A stretch of DNA of 64,000 bases from Candidatus Moraniibacteriota bacterium (GTDB lineage: Bacteria > Patescibacteriota > Minisyncoccia > Moranbacterales > UBA1568). Position numbers and translations under genes: made by a program. Below are positions 10,154 to 19,950 of this stretch, one piece after another. Under the pieces are notes generated by a model. That model was not told the DNA's origin and did no database searches. It saw only the letters and a program-made list of their open reading frames with translations. Within the stretch, counting starts at the first letter, position 1. Each line of letters begins with the position of its first letter. Where the stretch lies: positions 551 through 64,550 of the forward strand of contig JAUSGT010000001.1 of the NCBI GenBank assembly GCA_030648835.1. Reading direction: 5' to 3'.

Positions 10154-10939
10154 ATGTTACAATTGCACAGTATGAATATGCTCGAGAAAAAGACCATCAT
10201 CGTCGATAATCTGAGTATCCGGTACTACCAAAGCGCGGACTTTTGGGGTAGCGGAGTTTTGGTGTTTCTCCACGGGTGGGGGTCACAGGCGATGCATTTT
10301 TCGAAGACTTTGGAGAAATGTCACAATGTTGTCGCTCTTGACTTGCCGGGCTTCGGGGAGAGTGAGATGCCGGGGACAGCCTGGGCAATCAGAGACTACG
10401 CCGGATTTTTGCGGCACTTTTTGGAGAAACTGCATATTGAACGACCGATACTCACGGGGCATTCTTTTGGTGGCAATATCGCCATCAAATACTGCGCGGA
10501 ATATGGTGATGTAGAGAAACTGATTCTGATTGGAAGCGCCGGGATACGGAGGAAAACTTTGAAAAAATTATTGTATTTTATTCTGGCGAAAGTATTGAAA
10601 GTCATAGCGTATCTTCCGGGGCTCACCCAATTGCGCGAGCGTGTCAGGAAGTCGTTTTATACCGCCATTGGCTCCGAAGACTATATCCAGTCCGGAGCGC
10701 TCATGGAAACCTATCGCAAAAATATCGGCGAGGATCTGCGAAAAGATATGAAAAAAATCAAAGTACCCACGACCATTATTTGGGGAGAGAACGATGCTAT
10801 GGTACCAGTGGCCGATGGCAAATTGACCCAGGAACATATCAAAGGTTCGCAGATGTTCGTTATCCCTGGCGCCGGGCATTACGTATTTCTCGACAAAGAA
10901 AAAGAATTCGAGGAAATTTTTTTAAAAGCTCTCTCATGA
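10154..10939 (+). CDS. Alpha/beta hydrolase fold protein
   Basis: 261 aa with 'FLHGWGS' and the nucleophile elbow 'GHSFGG'. Its stop overlaps the murF start as ATGA. Confidence 0.7.
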   Translation: MLQLHSMNMLEKKTIIVDNLSIRYYQSADFWGSGVLVFLHGWGSQAMHFSKTLEKCHNVVALDLPGFGESEMPGTAWAIRDYAGFLRHFLEKLHIERPILTGHSFGGNIAIKYCAEYGDVEKLILIGSAGIRRKTLKKLLYFILAKVLKVIAYLPGLTQLRERVRKSFYTAIGSEDYIQSGALMETYRKNIGEDLRKDMKKIKVPTTIIWGENDAMVPVADGKLTQEHIKGSQMFVIPGAGHYVFLDKEKEFEEIFLKALS

Positions 10940-12303
10940 TACTCAAAAATCTCATCTATATTCTGCAGAGCGAGAATTACGATTTCTGGCGTTTTCTCTC
11001 TTTTTGTTACTCGCATCTTCTTTGGTGGCGGCTGGAACAGCGCCAAAGAATCGTCTGGACGATGAAAGCGCGCGCTCTGCAATGGGTGAGTGCGCTCTTG
11101 TTTCTGGGTGTGGCCACCGGAGCTATTTTTTGGCTCGGATGGAACAGAGGCTCTGTCGTTCTGGCCTTTTGTATCGTGACATTGCCTTTCTTCATCGGAG
11201 CAACGCTTCTCCTCCTTCTGCCACTGGATCACTATCTCAAATGGAAAAAGGTATCGCAAGCGAGAGCAATAGTAGAGAAGTCTGGGGTGCAAGTGATCGG
11301 CATCACGGGAAGCTATGGCAAGACGACCACCAAAGAAATTTTGGCCGCTATTTTGGAGAAGCGGTTTTCCGTGATAAAAACGCCGGACAATATCAATACG
11401 GACATTGGCATCGCTGATTTTATCATAGGCCACTCCGGAAAATTCACGAAGGAGAAAATTTTTATTGTCGAAATGGGAGCACACAAGCGAGGTGAGATAG
11501 AAAGCATTTGCCGGATGGTTTTACCCGAGTATTCGATCCTGACCGGTATCAATGAGGCGCATCTGGAGCGTTTCGGCAGTCTCCAAAACATTATTGAGAC
11601 GAAGTTCGAGTTGCCCGCGCATACCGAGAAGCTGACGATCCTCAATGGTGATGACGAAAATGTGAAAAAAAACTATTCTCGATTTGTTAAAATTAAAAAT
11701 ATTTGCGTAACGGGAGCTGACGCACAGGATGTTATCGCCAAAGAAAATTTTCAGGGCTGGCAGTTTGTTTGGCAGGGGACGAATTTTGAGATAGCTCTCC
11801 TCGCGAAACACAATATTACGCTTATCCTCTTGTGCGCGACACTAGCGCGAGAACTTGGACTCTCTCTCGAAATGATTCGGGAGGCTGTAAAGAATGTCCG
11901 ACCGATACCACACAGACTGGAGCCTCTTTACAACGCTGTAACTGGTATTATGGTGATTGATGACAGCTACAATGGCAATGTGGCCGGTATCAAAAGCGGT
12001 ATCGAGCTCTTTGGTTTGGCCAAGGGAAGAAAAGTGGTGTTGACACCGGGGTTGGTGGAGCTGGGCGAAGAATCGGAGCGGATCCATCGACAGATAGGAG
12101 AACTGTATGCGAAGAGCGCTGATCTGGTACTCCTCATCAAGAGTCCTATGACGCCGTTTGTAGAGGATGGTTTGAGGACTCATGCATATACGGCTTATAC
12201 CGTGTATACTACGACAGAGGAAGCCCACAGAGACCTTCCCAATGTACTTCGAAGAGGAGATACGATTATTTTTCAAAATGACCTCACTGATAACTATTTT
12301 TAG
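10936..12303 (+). CDS. murF: UDP-N-acetylmuramoyl-tripeptide--D-alanyl-D-alanine ligase (MurF) with an atypical N-terminal transmembrane region
   Basis: P-loop 'GITGSYGKTTT' and the Mur-ligase middle and C-terminal domains. The first about 120 aa contain two predicted TM helices instead of the usual soluble domain 1. The start is set at the ATG overlapping the upstream stop. Confidence 0.8.
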   Translation: MILKNLIYILQSENYDFWRFLSFCYSHLLWWRLEQRQRIVWTMKARALQWVSALLFLGVATGAIFWLGWNRGSVVLAFCIVTLPFFIGATLLLLLPLDHYLKWKKVSQARAIVEKSGVQVIGITGSYGKTTTKEILAAILEKRFSVIKTPDNINTDIGIADFIIGHSGKFTKEKIFIVEMGAHKRGEIESICRMVLPEYSILTGINEAHLERFGSLQNIIETKFELPAHTEKLTILNGDDENVKKNYSRFVKIKNICVTGADAQDVIAKENFQGWQFVWQGTNFEIALLAKHNITLILLCATLARELGLSLEMIREAVKNVRPIPHRLEPLYNAVTGIMVIDDSYNGNVAGIKSGIELFGLAKGRKVVLTPGLVELGEESERIHRQIGELYAKSADLVLLIKSPMTPFVEDGLRTHAYTAYTVYTTTEEAHRDLPNVLRRGDTIIFQNDLTDNYF

Positions 12304-12306
12304 AAT

Positions 12307-13494
12307 ATGGCTTCAGAAAAAAACAAGATAACTATCGGGGTATTCTTTGGCAGCCGCAGTCCGGAACACGAAGTGTCTATCATTACCGGGCAGTTGATCA
12401 TTGCGGAACTGAAGAAGCTCGGTTATACTGTCGCGCCGGTTTTTATAGATAAAAAAGGCCAGTGGTTTTCGGACGCTGTTTTGGGGAATCTGAAGTTTTT
12501 TACGGAAGGAAACCTAGAGGAGAAACTTGGCCGTTTGTCGAGGTATTGTGTCGATACGGGTTCCGAGAATCAAACACTCGTTTTGAAGACAGGAAAAATG
12601 TTTTCCAAAGACAGAGTCATTGATATGGCGTTTCCGGCCTTGCACGGTATGAACGGAGAAGACGGTACGATCCAGGGCATTTTCGAATTGGCGAATGTAC
12701 CGTATGTTGGATGTGGGGTGACCGCCTCAGCCGTCGCCATGGACAAAGTACTGACCAAACGATTGCTTCAGAGCGCGGGCATCGTGACAACGCCGTTTGT
12801 GTGTATCATGGCTGACGATTGGCGGAAAGATAAAGCAGCGGTCCTCGAGGCTGTTCGAAAATTACGCCGGCCGATTTTTGTGAAGCCCGCCCGGCTCGGT
12901 TCTTCTATCGGCATAACCAAAGTACGGACGGAAGAAGAATTGGAAAACGCCTGTGAAGTGGCGCTCCACTACGATACGAAGGTGATCGTGGAAGAGAGCG
13001 TGGAAAATCTGATGGATGTCACTTGCGCGGTGCTCGGAAATAGTAGTCCGATCCCTTCTCTCATCCAGGAATCCATTTTTGCGGGTGAGCATTTCAGTTA
13101 CAGCGACAAATATTTGGAAGAGGGGGGAGCGCAACTGGGGAATGCACAGAACAAGATAGTTATCCCGGCTCGTTTGTCTGCCGAACGGACCAAGGAAGTG
13201 CAAGCGCTCGCGGTGAAAATATTTGCACTGGCTGATTGCGTCGGTATCGCGCGCGTCGACTTTCTCTATGATAAAATTGCCGACAAGGTGTATGCCAACG
13301 AAATAAATACCATGCCCGGGACGCTCTATCATCATCTCTGGAAAGCGAGTGGCATAGAGATTGGAGCGCTCCTCGAAAAACTGCTGATGCTGGCTCTTGA
13401 ACAGCACGAGAAAAAAAATGAGACGACCATGATCTTCAAATCCGATCTTCTCAGTTTCGCCAATTCGGTGAAGCTGCAGATGAAGAAAGAGTAA
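12307..13494 (+). CDS. ddl: D-alanine--D-alanine ligase
   Basis: 'IGVFFGSRSPEHEVSIITG' N-terminus with an ATP-grasp core. 395 aa. Confidence 0.9.
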   Translation: MASEKNKITIGVFFGSRSPEHEVSIITGQLIIAELKKLGYTVAPVFIDKKGQWFSDAVLGNLKFFTEGNLEEKLGRLSRYCVDTGSENQTLVLKTGKMFSKDRVIDMAFPALHGMNGEDGTIQGIFELANVPYVGCGVTASAVAMDKVLTKRLLQSAGIVTTPFVCIMADDWRKDKAAVLEAVRKLRRPIFVKPARLGSSIGITKVRTEEELENACEVALHYDTKVIVEESVENLMDVTCAVLGNSSPIPSLIQESIFAGEHFSYSDKYLEEGGAQLGNAQNKIVIPARLSAERTKEVQALAVKIFALADCVGIARVDFLYDKIADKVYANEINTMPGTLYHHLWKASGIEIGALLEKLLMLALEQHEKKNETTMIFKSDLLSFANSVKLQMKKE

Positions 13495-13588
13495 CAGCTG
13501 ACTTTCCTCGACAGCCCTGTCACAAGCAATCTTTCTGGGTAGACACTCGTTTGCCCCAGCGGGCAAACTCATTGCGTGAACTTTTTTT

Positions 13589-13656
13589 GATCCGTCCCGC
13601 TGGAGCAGGACGGCACCATGCTCAAAAAAACTTCAAGCCTCCCAGAAAAATTCTTG
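13589..13656 (+). repeat. Repeated intergenic motif, copy 2
   Basis: Hairpin 'cgtcc...ggacg' followed by 'GGCACCATGCTCaAAAAAAcTTCAAGCCTCCCAGAAAAATTCTTG'. Micro-ORF MLKKTSSLPEKFL. Confidence 0.5.
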
Positions 13657-13745
13657 TGACGAGGGCTTCCTGTGTACACAAAACTTAAGCACCTTTTGCG
13701 GTATTGGTATAGAGACGGTATAATAGGGTTACTAACTGTTAGGAT

Positions 13746-14744
13746 GTGTTGTCTATGAAAAAAAGGCTTTTTTCGGGGGTCCAGCCGTCAGGGAATCTGC
13801 ACCTGGGGAATTACCTCGGGGCGATAAAGCAGTGGGTAGAGCTTCAGAAAGACAATGAAGCGATGTTTTGTATTGTCGATTTGCATGCCATTACCGTTCC
13901 CCAGGATCCGGCAGAATTGCGGAAGAAGACACTTGAGATTGCCAAAATTTATCTGGCGGCTGGCATAGACCCGGGCAAAGCGACACTTTTCGTCCAGTCG
14001 CATGTGAAGGAACATACCGAGCTGGCTTGGATTTTGAATACGCTCACCAAGATTGCTGAGTTGGAGAGGATGACACAGTTCAAAGATAAATCACAGAAAG
14101 ACGGTAAAGAGGGGATAGGGGCGGGGCTACTCACCTACCCGACTCTTATGGCGGCAGATATTCTTTTGTACGATACGGCGGTGGTGCCGGTAGGCAAGGA
14201 TCAGTCACAACATATCGAATTGACGCGGACTCTCGCCAAGCGGTTCAATGATCGTTTTGGGGAAATGTTTGTCATTCCGGAGGGGAAACTTTCCAAAGAA
14301 GGCGCGCTCATTATGGGGCTGGATGACCCGACGAAGAAAATGTCCAAGTCTGCAACGAGCGAATATAATTACATCGCTCTCACGGATGATGCCGAGACGG
14401 TAAAGAAGAAAATCAAGAAAGCCGTGACGGACAGCGGATCGGAGATTGTTTATGCCGACGAAAAACCCGCGTTGAAAAATCTTTTGAATATCTATGCGTT
14501 GCTATCCAATAAAAAACCGGAAGTGATAGCAGGGGAATATGTCGGGAAGGGATATAGCGACTTCAAAAATGGTTTGGCGGAAGTGATTGTCAATTTTCTC
14601 GCTCCGTTTCAAGCGCGCTTGAAAAACATTTCTGATGAAGAAGTGTTGGTGGTGCTCAAGGCGGGTGCCGAAAAAGCCGGATCTTTGGCGGAACAAAAAA
14701 TGCGACAGGTTCGCGAACGGGTAGGATTCCTCGCAAATTACTAG
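13746..14744 (+). CDS. trpS: Tryptophanyl-tRNA synthetase
   Basis: Class I aaRS motifs 'GNLHLGNYLG' (HIGH-type) and 'KMSKS'. About 330 aa, typical of TrpS. Confidence 0.9.
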   Translation: MLSMKKRLFSGVQPSGNLHLGNYLGAIKQWVELQKDNEAMFCIVDLHAITVPQDPAELRKKTLEIAKIYLAAGIDPGKATLFVQSHVKEHTELAWILNTLTKIAELERMTQFKDKSQKDGKEGIGAGLLTYPTLMAADILLYDTAVVPVGKDQSQHIELTRTLAKRFNDRFGEMFVIPEGKLSKEGALIMGLDDPTKKMSKSATSEYNYIALTDDAETVKKKIKKAVTDSGSEIVYADEKPALKNLLNIYALLSNKKPEVIAGEYVGKGYSDFKNGLAEVIVNFLAPFQARLKNISDEEVLVVLKAGAEKAGSLAEQKMRQVRERVGFLANY

Positions 14745-14751
14745 GGCGCGT

Positions 14752-15693
14752 ATGGAAAAATTTCCGTTCGTTTGGAAAAAAGGGGCAAGGCCGGAAGACC
14801 CACTTTTACAGAAACAAAGAGAAGAAAAAGCCGAAAAACAGCTTTCGTGGCGCCGGAATAGGGAAATTTCGGAGTGGTCGCATGAGTTACCGCTGACGCC
14901 GGAACGAAAAGAAATGATAGAGGCCGCTGCTCTCGTTTTCGAAAAACAATTTGAGGTGCTCGGTATCCCGTGGAAAGCGGAATTTTCGTTGAGACTGTTT
15001 CATTTTTTTGACCGGGAAGGATTTGACACGCAGTTTCCCGAATCGGTGGGGAACGATGGTTTCCACGGAAAGTATGATATAACCGCAGTCGTCGAAGAAA
15101 AAGAGAAAGGAAAAACTTTGCTCACTCTGTTTCACGAGATGGCCCATGTTGCTTCGGCGCAAAAATATATGCTGACCGAAGAGGAGGAGAAACTTCTCTT
15201 GTACCGGGTCGGGTATGCCGGAGTTGATGTGAATAGCCAAAACGGGGGAGTGGATGAAAAAAAGACGCACTTTGATGCTTTCAATGAGGGGGTGGTGGAA
15301 ATGTCGGCTTTGCGTATGATGATACGCTATAAGGAGACGCTTGCGAAGCAGTTGGACATCGATGAAGATTTGGAGGAACTGGCAAACAAGGGACATGCGT
15401 ATAAGAATTGTGTTGCGCTGGTCGGAATAGTTATTGAGAAATTGGCCAAGTTGGAAGGGTGCGAAGAGTTGAAGGTGTGGAAAAGAATAGAGAAAGGACA
15501 GTATACGGGGGAAATGATGTGGATGAGAGATATCGATACTTTGTTCGGCAGGGGGTCGCTGCGTGTCTTGGATGCGTTCGTAGCCGATCCGGGGAAAGAC
15601 GCGGAAGTTTTGGCAAGAAACGTAAAAATCTTTCGTTACTTTCAAACGGACGATCTCGCCGAACGAGAGCAACTGCAGACCGAAATACATTGA
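14752..15693 (+). CDS. Hypothetical cytoplasmic protein with an HExxH motif (putative zinc metallopeptidase-like)
   Basis: 313 aa, acidic, with 'LFHEMAHV'. No family recognised. Confidence 0.4.
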   Translation: MEKFPFVWKKGARPEDPLLQKQREEKAEKQLSWRRNREISEWSHELPLTPERKEMIEAAALVFEKQFEVLGIPWKAEFSLRLFHFFDREGFDTQFPESVGNDGFHGKYDITAVVEEKEKGKTLLTLFHEMAHVASAQKYMLTEEEEKLLLYRVGYAGVDVNSQNGGVDEKKTHFDAFNEGVVEMSALRMMIRYKETLAKQLDIDEDLEELANKGHAYKNCVALVGIVIEKLAKLEGCEELKVWKRIEKGQYTGEMMWMRDIDTLFGRGSLRVLDAFVADPGKDAEVLARNVKIFRYFQTDDLAEREQLQTEIH

Positions 15694-15793
15694 TCCAGCA
15701 CCTTCCAGAATACCCCGTGGTCTTGCTACGGGGATGAATAGAAATATAAATCCTTCCCGCAGGGTTTAATACCCTGTAGTGAAGGTGCTGGAT
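15693..15793. repeat. Structured element bounded by a 13 bp inverted repeat directly after the stop codon
   Basis: Arms 'atccagcaccttc' and 'gaaggtgctggat', with two internal hairpins (ccccgtgg..ctacgggg and cagggtttaataccctg). Confidence 0.4.
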
Positions 15794-16375
15794 TGATTGA
15801 AAGTTTTAAAAAAAAGAGAGCTTGCCGCGTTGGACAAGCTTTTTTGTTGGAGGAACAGCCTCTGGGGGGGGCTAGCCGAATCGGTAGCGCTGTTCTCTTT
15901 GTATGAGTCGTATTTCCTGCCGCCTCATTTCCGGATAGACTTTCCCTGCCAGACAGATTTCGCTGGCGTGGCATGGGAGATCGTGGTTGGCGAGATAATG
16001 CTCCCGTGTTTTCGGGCTGTCGCAGAGACGATCGTGGTCGCTCAGCTTGGGGAAGCGTTCTTTGTTGCTGGCGATTGGGCAGGCGGGCGGGGTGGGGGAA
16101 ACGGGGGCGATGGGGATGATCCTCCTCACATTATTTTGCATAAACACCTCTTTTGTTAACGAACCGGTTTATGGGGTATGAAAAAACCACCCGATTGGTG
16201 GTCTAGTGGGAAAAATGAAACCAGGAGAAAGTTCCCGGTATTCTCTTGTGAAGTGTTTCCCTTTTCATACGTTGCTATCAGTATACACTTTATTTCAAAA
16301 AGCTGTCAAATCTTGTTCTGAACCTTTGTCTGTGACTATCTTGCCTAACAAACAAAGGAATTATGCATTTCGTTA

Positions 16376-16462
16376 CTGTCATTCTGAGTGAAGCGAAGAA
16401 TCCCGTAAATAAAAGGTTCTTCTTTGCCTCAACGAGATCCTTCACTACGTTCAGGATGACAG
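16376..16462. repeat. MITE-like palindromic element, family copy A (termini CTGTCATyC...GGATGACAG)
   Basis: Homologous, in inverted orientation, to the element at 34715..34820. Terminal inverted repeats are present. Confidence 0.5.
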
Positions 16463-16511
16463 ATAATTTTTTGTTGAATTAAAATTTGGGTAGCTCACTT
16501 TAAGTCGAGGT

Positions 16512-17846
16512 TTACCCTCGAATCAGGGCAAGCAGCTCGGCTTTTTTTTCTTCCAGGAGTTTTTGCGTGTTGGCTTCGAGGTTGAGACGCAGGAGGGGTT
16601 CGGTATTGGATGGGCGGACGTTGAACCACCAGTCGGGGTAGTCGACTTTCAGTCCATCAAGTTCGTGTTGTTTGCCGTCGCTATATTTTTCTTTTAGTTT
16701 TGCCAATATGGCATCTTTATCTTTGACTTCGCTATTTATTTCACCGGAATGAAAGTAACGCTTCAGTTCCGAAACGAGTTGGGAAATAGTTTCCCCAGAT
16801 TCTGCCATGAGATTGAGGAGGAGGAGGGCGGCCAGCGTACTGGCTTCCGCGAAAGAATTTTCCTCGAAGTAGTAATGTCCCGACAGTTCGCCGGCGAAGA
16901 TGGCATTCTCTTCGCGCATCTGTTTTTTGATATTGGCGTGGCCTACTTTGCATTCGATAGCTATGCCACCATTTTCTTCGATCATTTCTTTGACGGCGCG
17001 CGAGGAACGGAGGTCATAGAGGATAGTGGCGCCGGGGTGTTTTTTGAGAATGATCTTTGCCAGAAGTCCCGTCACCAAATCCATGGGGATGATTTCGCCC
17101 TCTTCATCGACAAAGCCGACACGATCCGCGTCGCCATCGTACGCGATGCCGAGATCGGAGTGTGATTCTTTCACTTTTTCACAAAGTTCAGCGAGTGTTT
17201 CGGTCTTAAGCGGATTGGCTTCATGACACTCGAAAGCGTGTTCCATGTCGTTGTAGAGATTGACGATTGTGAGGTTGTCCGGGAATTGCTCGTAGATGGG
17301 GAGCTCCAAGACGCCCATAGCGTTCGCAGTGTCGATGACGATGGTGAAACGTTTGTCCTGAAAATCCGCGAATGAAGTGAAATAGCCATAGTAGGCCGGA
17401 CAGATATCTTCGGATGTCATCGTACCTTTGCTCTCTACTTCTTCCCACTCTGCTTTGAGGGCAAGGTCGCGGATTTCCTTGAGGCCGGAGTTTTCACCGA
17501 CCGGGATGGCTCCGCGCAAAGCGATTTTCATGCCGTTGTACTGGGGGGGATTGTGTGAAGCGGTGAGAGAAATGGCGGCATCGATATCGAGGCGGCCAGC
17601 GGCGAAATAGACCATGGGTGTGGTGATGATGCCGAGGTCGAGCACATCGACTCCGGCGTCCATCACGCCGCGCGTGAAACTCGCGAAAAGACTCGGGCTG
17701 GAACTTCTGATATCACGACCGATGCCGAGACGTTTGGGTTCGAGATGCGCGACCACCGCTCGGCCGATATTGTAGGCATCGTCTTCATTGATCTCATCCG
17801 GGTAGATGCCGCGGATATCATAGGCTTTGAAAATGCCGGGGTTCAT
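16512..17846 (-). CDS. manB: Phosphomannomutase/phosphoglucomutase
   Basis: 'FKAYDIRGIYPDEINED' N-terminus and the active-site 'TASHNPPQYNGMK'. 444 aa. Confidence 0.85.
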   Translation of the reverse strand: MNPGIFKAYDIRGIYPDEINEDDAYNIGRAVVAHLEPKRLGIGRDIRSSSPSLFASFTRGVMDAGVDVLDLGIITTPMVYFAAGRLDIDAAISLTASHNPPQYNGMKIALRGAIPVGENSGLKEIRDLALKAEWEEVESKGTMTSEDICPAYYGYFTSFADFQDKRFTIVIDTANAMGVLELPIYEQFPDNLTIVNLYNDMEHAFECHEANPLKTETLAELCEKVKESHSDLGIAYDGDADRVGFVDEEGEIIPMDLVTGLLAKIILKKHPGATILYDLRSSRAVKEMIEENGGIAIECKVGHANIKKQMREENAIFAGELSGHYYFEENSFAEASTLAALLLLNLMAESGETISQLVSELKRYFHSGEINSEVKDKDAILAKLKEKYSDGKQHELDGLKVDYPDWWFNVRPSNTEPLLRLNLEANTQKLLEEKKAELLALIRG

Positions 17847-17983
17847 ATGGTCGTAGTAAAATTACGATTTTATTATACCACAGAGAGTTTGACCGAAAGC
17901 CTTTTTCCTGCGAAGATAAGTAATACTTTTGATAGCGGAGTTTGGAAATCGAGTTTTGATTATTGGTGATTTACTTATAAATT

Positions 17984-19033
17984 ATGTCTCTCAAAGTCGG
18001 CATCGTCGGACTACCTAATGTAGGTAAATCAACACTTTTTAAGGCGCTGACGCGCAAAGCGGTGGATATCAGCAACTATCCTTTCTGCACCATCGAGCCC
18101 AATGTCGGTATCGTGGAAGTGCCCGATCTGCGTCTGGCGAAACTTGCCGCGCTATCTAAGAGCAAAAAAATTGTTCCGGCAGTGATCGAGTTTGTCGATA
18201 TCGCCGGTTTGGTGAAGGGGGCCAGTGAGGGGGAAGGTCTCGGCAACAAATTCCTTTCGCACATCCGGGAGGTGGATGCCATTGTGGAAGTGGTGCGGGT
18301 GTTCCCGAACGAAAAAATTATTCATGTTCACAATACGATTGACCCGTTGCATGACCAAGAAATTGTGGAGACGGAATTGATTCTTGCTGATTTGGATACC
18401 GTCACCAAGGTGCAGGCACGGTTGGAAAAGGAAGCCCGCGGTCAGAATAAAGAAGCGCTCGCCAAATTACCGGTACTGAAAAATATAGAGCAAGCGTTGG
18501 CTCTGGGGAAACTGGCTTCGCAGGCCGTGTTGACCCATGATGAAACGACCAAGGTGTTGATTCGTGAACTAACTCTACTCACGATGAAGCCTATTCTCTA
18601 TGTGTACAATGTGGCGGACGTGTCAAAACCATTGTCACCGGAACTCGAGAAGCGTCCTCACGTGAAGTTGGATGTCAAGATAGAAGAAGAGTTGATAGAA
18701 ATGTCGGCTGAAGAAATGAAAGAGATGGAACTGACATCGCATTTGGGGGATCTCATTGTTCAGGCGTACGCGCTTCTTGGGCTGATGACGTACTTTACCA
18801 CGGGGGAGGATGAGACACGGGCGTGGACTATTCGGCGGGGATCGACGGCGCCGCAAGCGGGAGCGGCTATTCATGGTGATTTTGAGGAAAAATTCATTCG
18901 GGCGGAAGTCATTCACTTTACCAAACTTTTGGAAGCCGGCTCCTGGAGCGCCGCTCGTGATAAAGGATCGCTTCGTCTGGAAGGCAAGGAGTATATCGTA
19001 GAGGACGGGGATGTTATCGTGTTCAAGATCTGA
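17984..19033 (+). CDS. ychF: Ribosome-binding ATPase YchF (Obg-family GTPase)
   Basis: '[19 protein letters not shown]' G1 motif and a C-terminal TGS domain. 349 aa. Confidence 0.9.
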   Translation: MSLKVGIVGLPNVGKSTLFKALTRKAVDISNYPFCTIEPNVGIVEVPDLRLAKLAALSKSKKIVPAVIEFVDIAGLVKGASEGEGLGNKFLSHIREVDAIVEVVRVFPNEKIIHVHNTIDPLHDQEIVETELILADLDTVTKVQARLEKEARGQNKEALAKLPVLKNIEQALALGKLASQAVLTHDETTKVLIRELTLLTMKPILYVYNVADVSKPLSPELEKRPHVKLDVKIEEELIEMSAEEMKEMELTSHLGDLIVQAYALLGLMTYFTTGEDETRAWTIRRGSTAPQAGAAIHGDFEEKFIRAEVIHFTKLLEAGSWSAARDKGSLRLEGKEYIVEDGDVIVFKI

Positions 19034-19168
19034 TATGTTGATTAACAGTTAACTGTTGCCTGCTGACTGATGGGGGGTGTTGACATCTTTTTCGAAACAC
19101 TCTTTTATTTTGACAACTTTTGTCGTATACTAAACATATCTAATTAATAAACATACATCCCAGTTACC

Positions 19169-19597
19169 TTGAAAGAAGGTAACGGGATAAACAAAAATAT
19201 GTATGAAGAACAGCCTTCGTCTTCGCGACCGCTGAGAGTCGCTTTGTTGGTGTTATTTTTCGTTCTGCTCGCAGCGCTGGTTCTCGTTATCTTGACGCAG
19301 AAGGGTTTACTCGGTAAGAAAACCGGAACCACCATCCAGTCTCAAACAGGGACCACTACTCCAACAGGAAATCAAAGGCAGGCAACGTCTGGTGAGGCCG
19401 TTCCCGCCGCCACCTCGCAGCCTGTTTTTTCGGAAGAAGTTCAAAATCAATTTAAGGCAATACAGGATCAGGTCAATGCAGGCACAATCACTCCTGAAGA
19501 AGCTTCAAAACAGCTGAATTCACTCAACATTCCTCCTCCGCCGATTCCACCTGAAATCCAGAAGCAAATTGATGAAGCGACAAAAGCTCAACAGTAG
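19169..19597 (+). CDS. Small N-anchored hypothetical protein (paralog of the 28074 gene)
   Basis: 142 aa. The N-terminus 'SSRPLRVALLVLFFVLLAALVLVILTQKGLLGKKTGTT' is near-identical in pattern to that of the 28074..28646 product. T/Q/P-rich linker. Confidence 0.55.
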   Translation: MKEGNGINKNMYEEQPSSSRPLRVALLVLFFVLLAALVLVILTQKGLLGKKTGTTIQSQTGTTTPTGNQRQATSGEAVPAATSQPVFSEEVQNQFKAIQDQVNAGTITPEEASKQLNSLNIPPPPIPPEIQKQIDEATKAQQ

Positions 19598-19950
19598 TCA
19601 GATATACCAGCAGTGGCTGTGTTTCTTGGTTAGAGATGGATGTTTGTAGCTGAAAGGCTGTAAGATCAGCAGCTACGAGCAATATATTTTCTTGAAAAAA
19701 TTAAATGACACCTCTACATATGTGGTGGGTTTGTTGTTGCGATCCAGAGAATTTTCATATTCATATTTCACAGGGTTGACCTCGTTTACAAATAATACTG
19801 TTGTTTTGCTTTTCAAACGATGTAAGACGAAGTCACCTATCGGTTTGTATCAAGCGGATAATCGCCATCCCGTTTGGATTTGTAATGGGGTTGACAAATG
19901 ATTAAAAAAATCAGGGTTTTTGTGCTAGAATGAAACAGAAATGAGCTTGA

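Noticed and set aside
15872-16147. 91 aa minus-strand Cys-containing ORF in the gene-poor stretch
   Set aside because: It has no family signature and overlaps G-rich low-complexity DNA. It is kept only as a note in the findings.
19600-19950. Long 350 bp leader upstream of P1 as a possible c-di-GMP or other riboswitch
   Set aside because: It contains a hairpin (gtagctg...cagctac) and TTGACA-like boxes. I could not recognise the conserved GEMM or other riboswitch cores by eye. An Rfam scan is needed.
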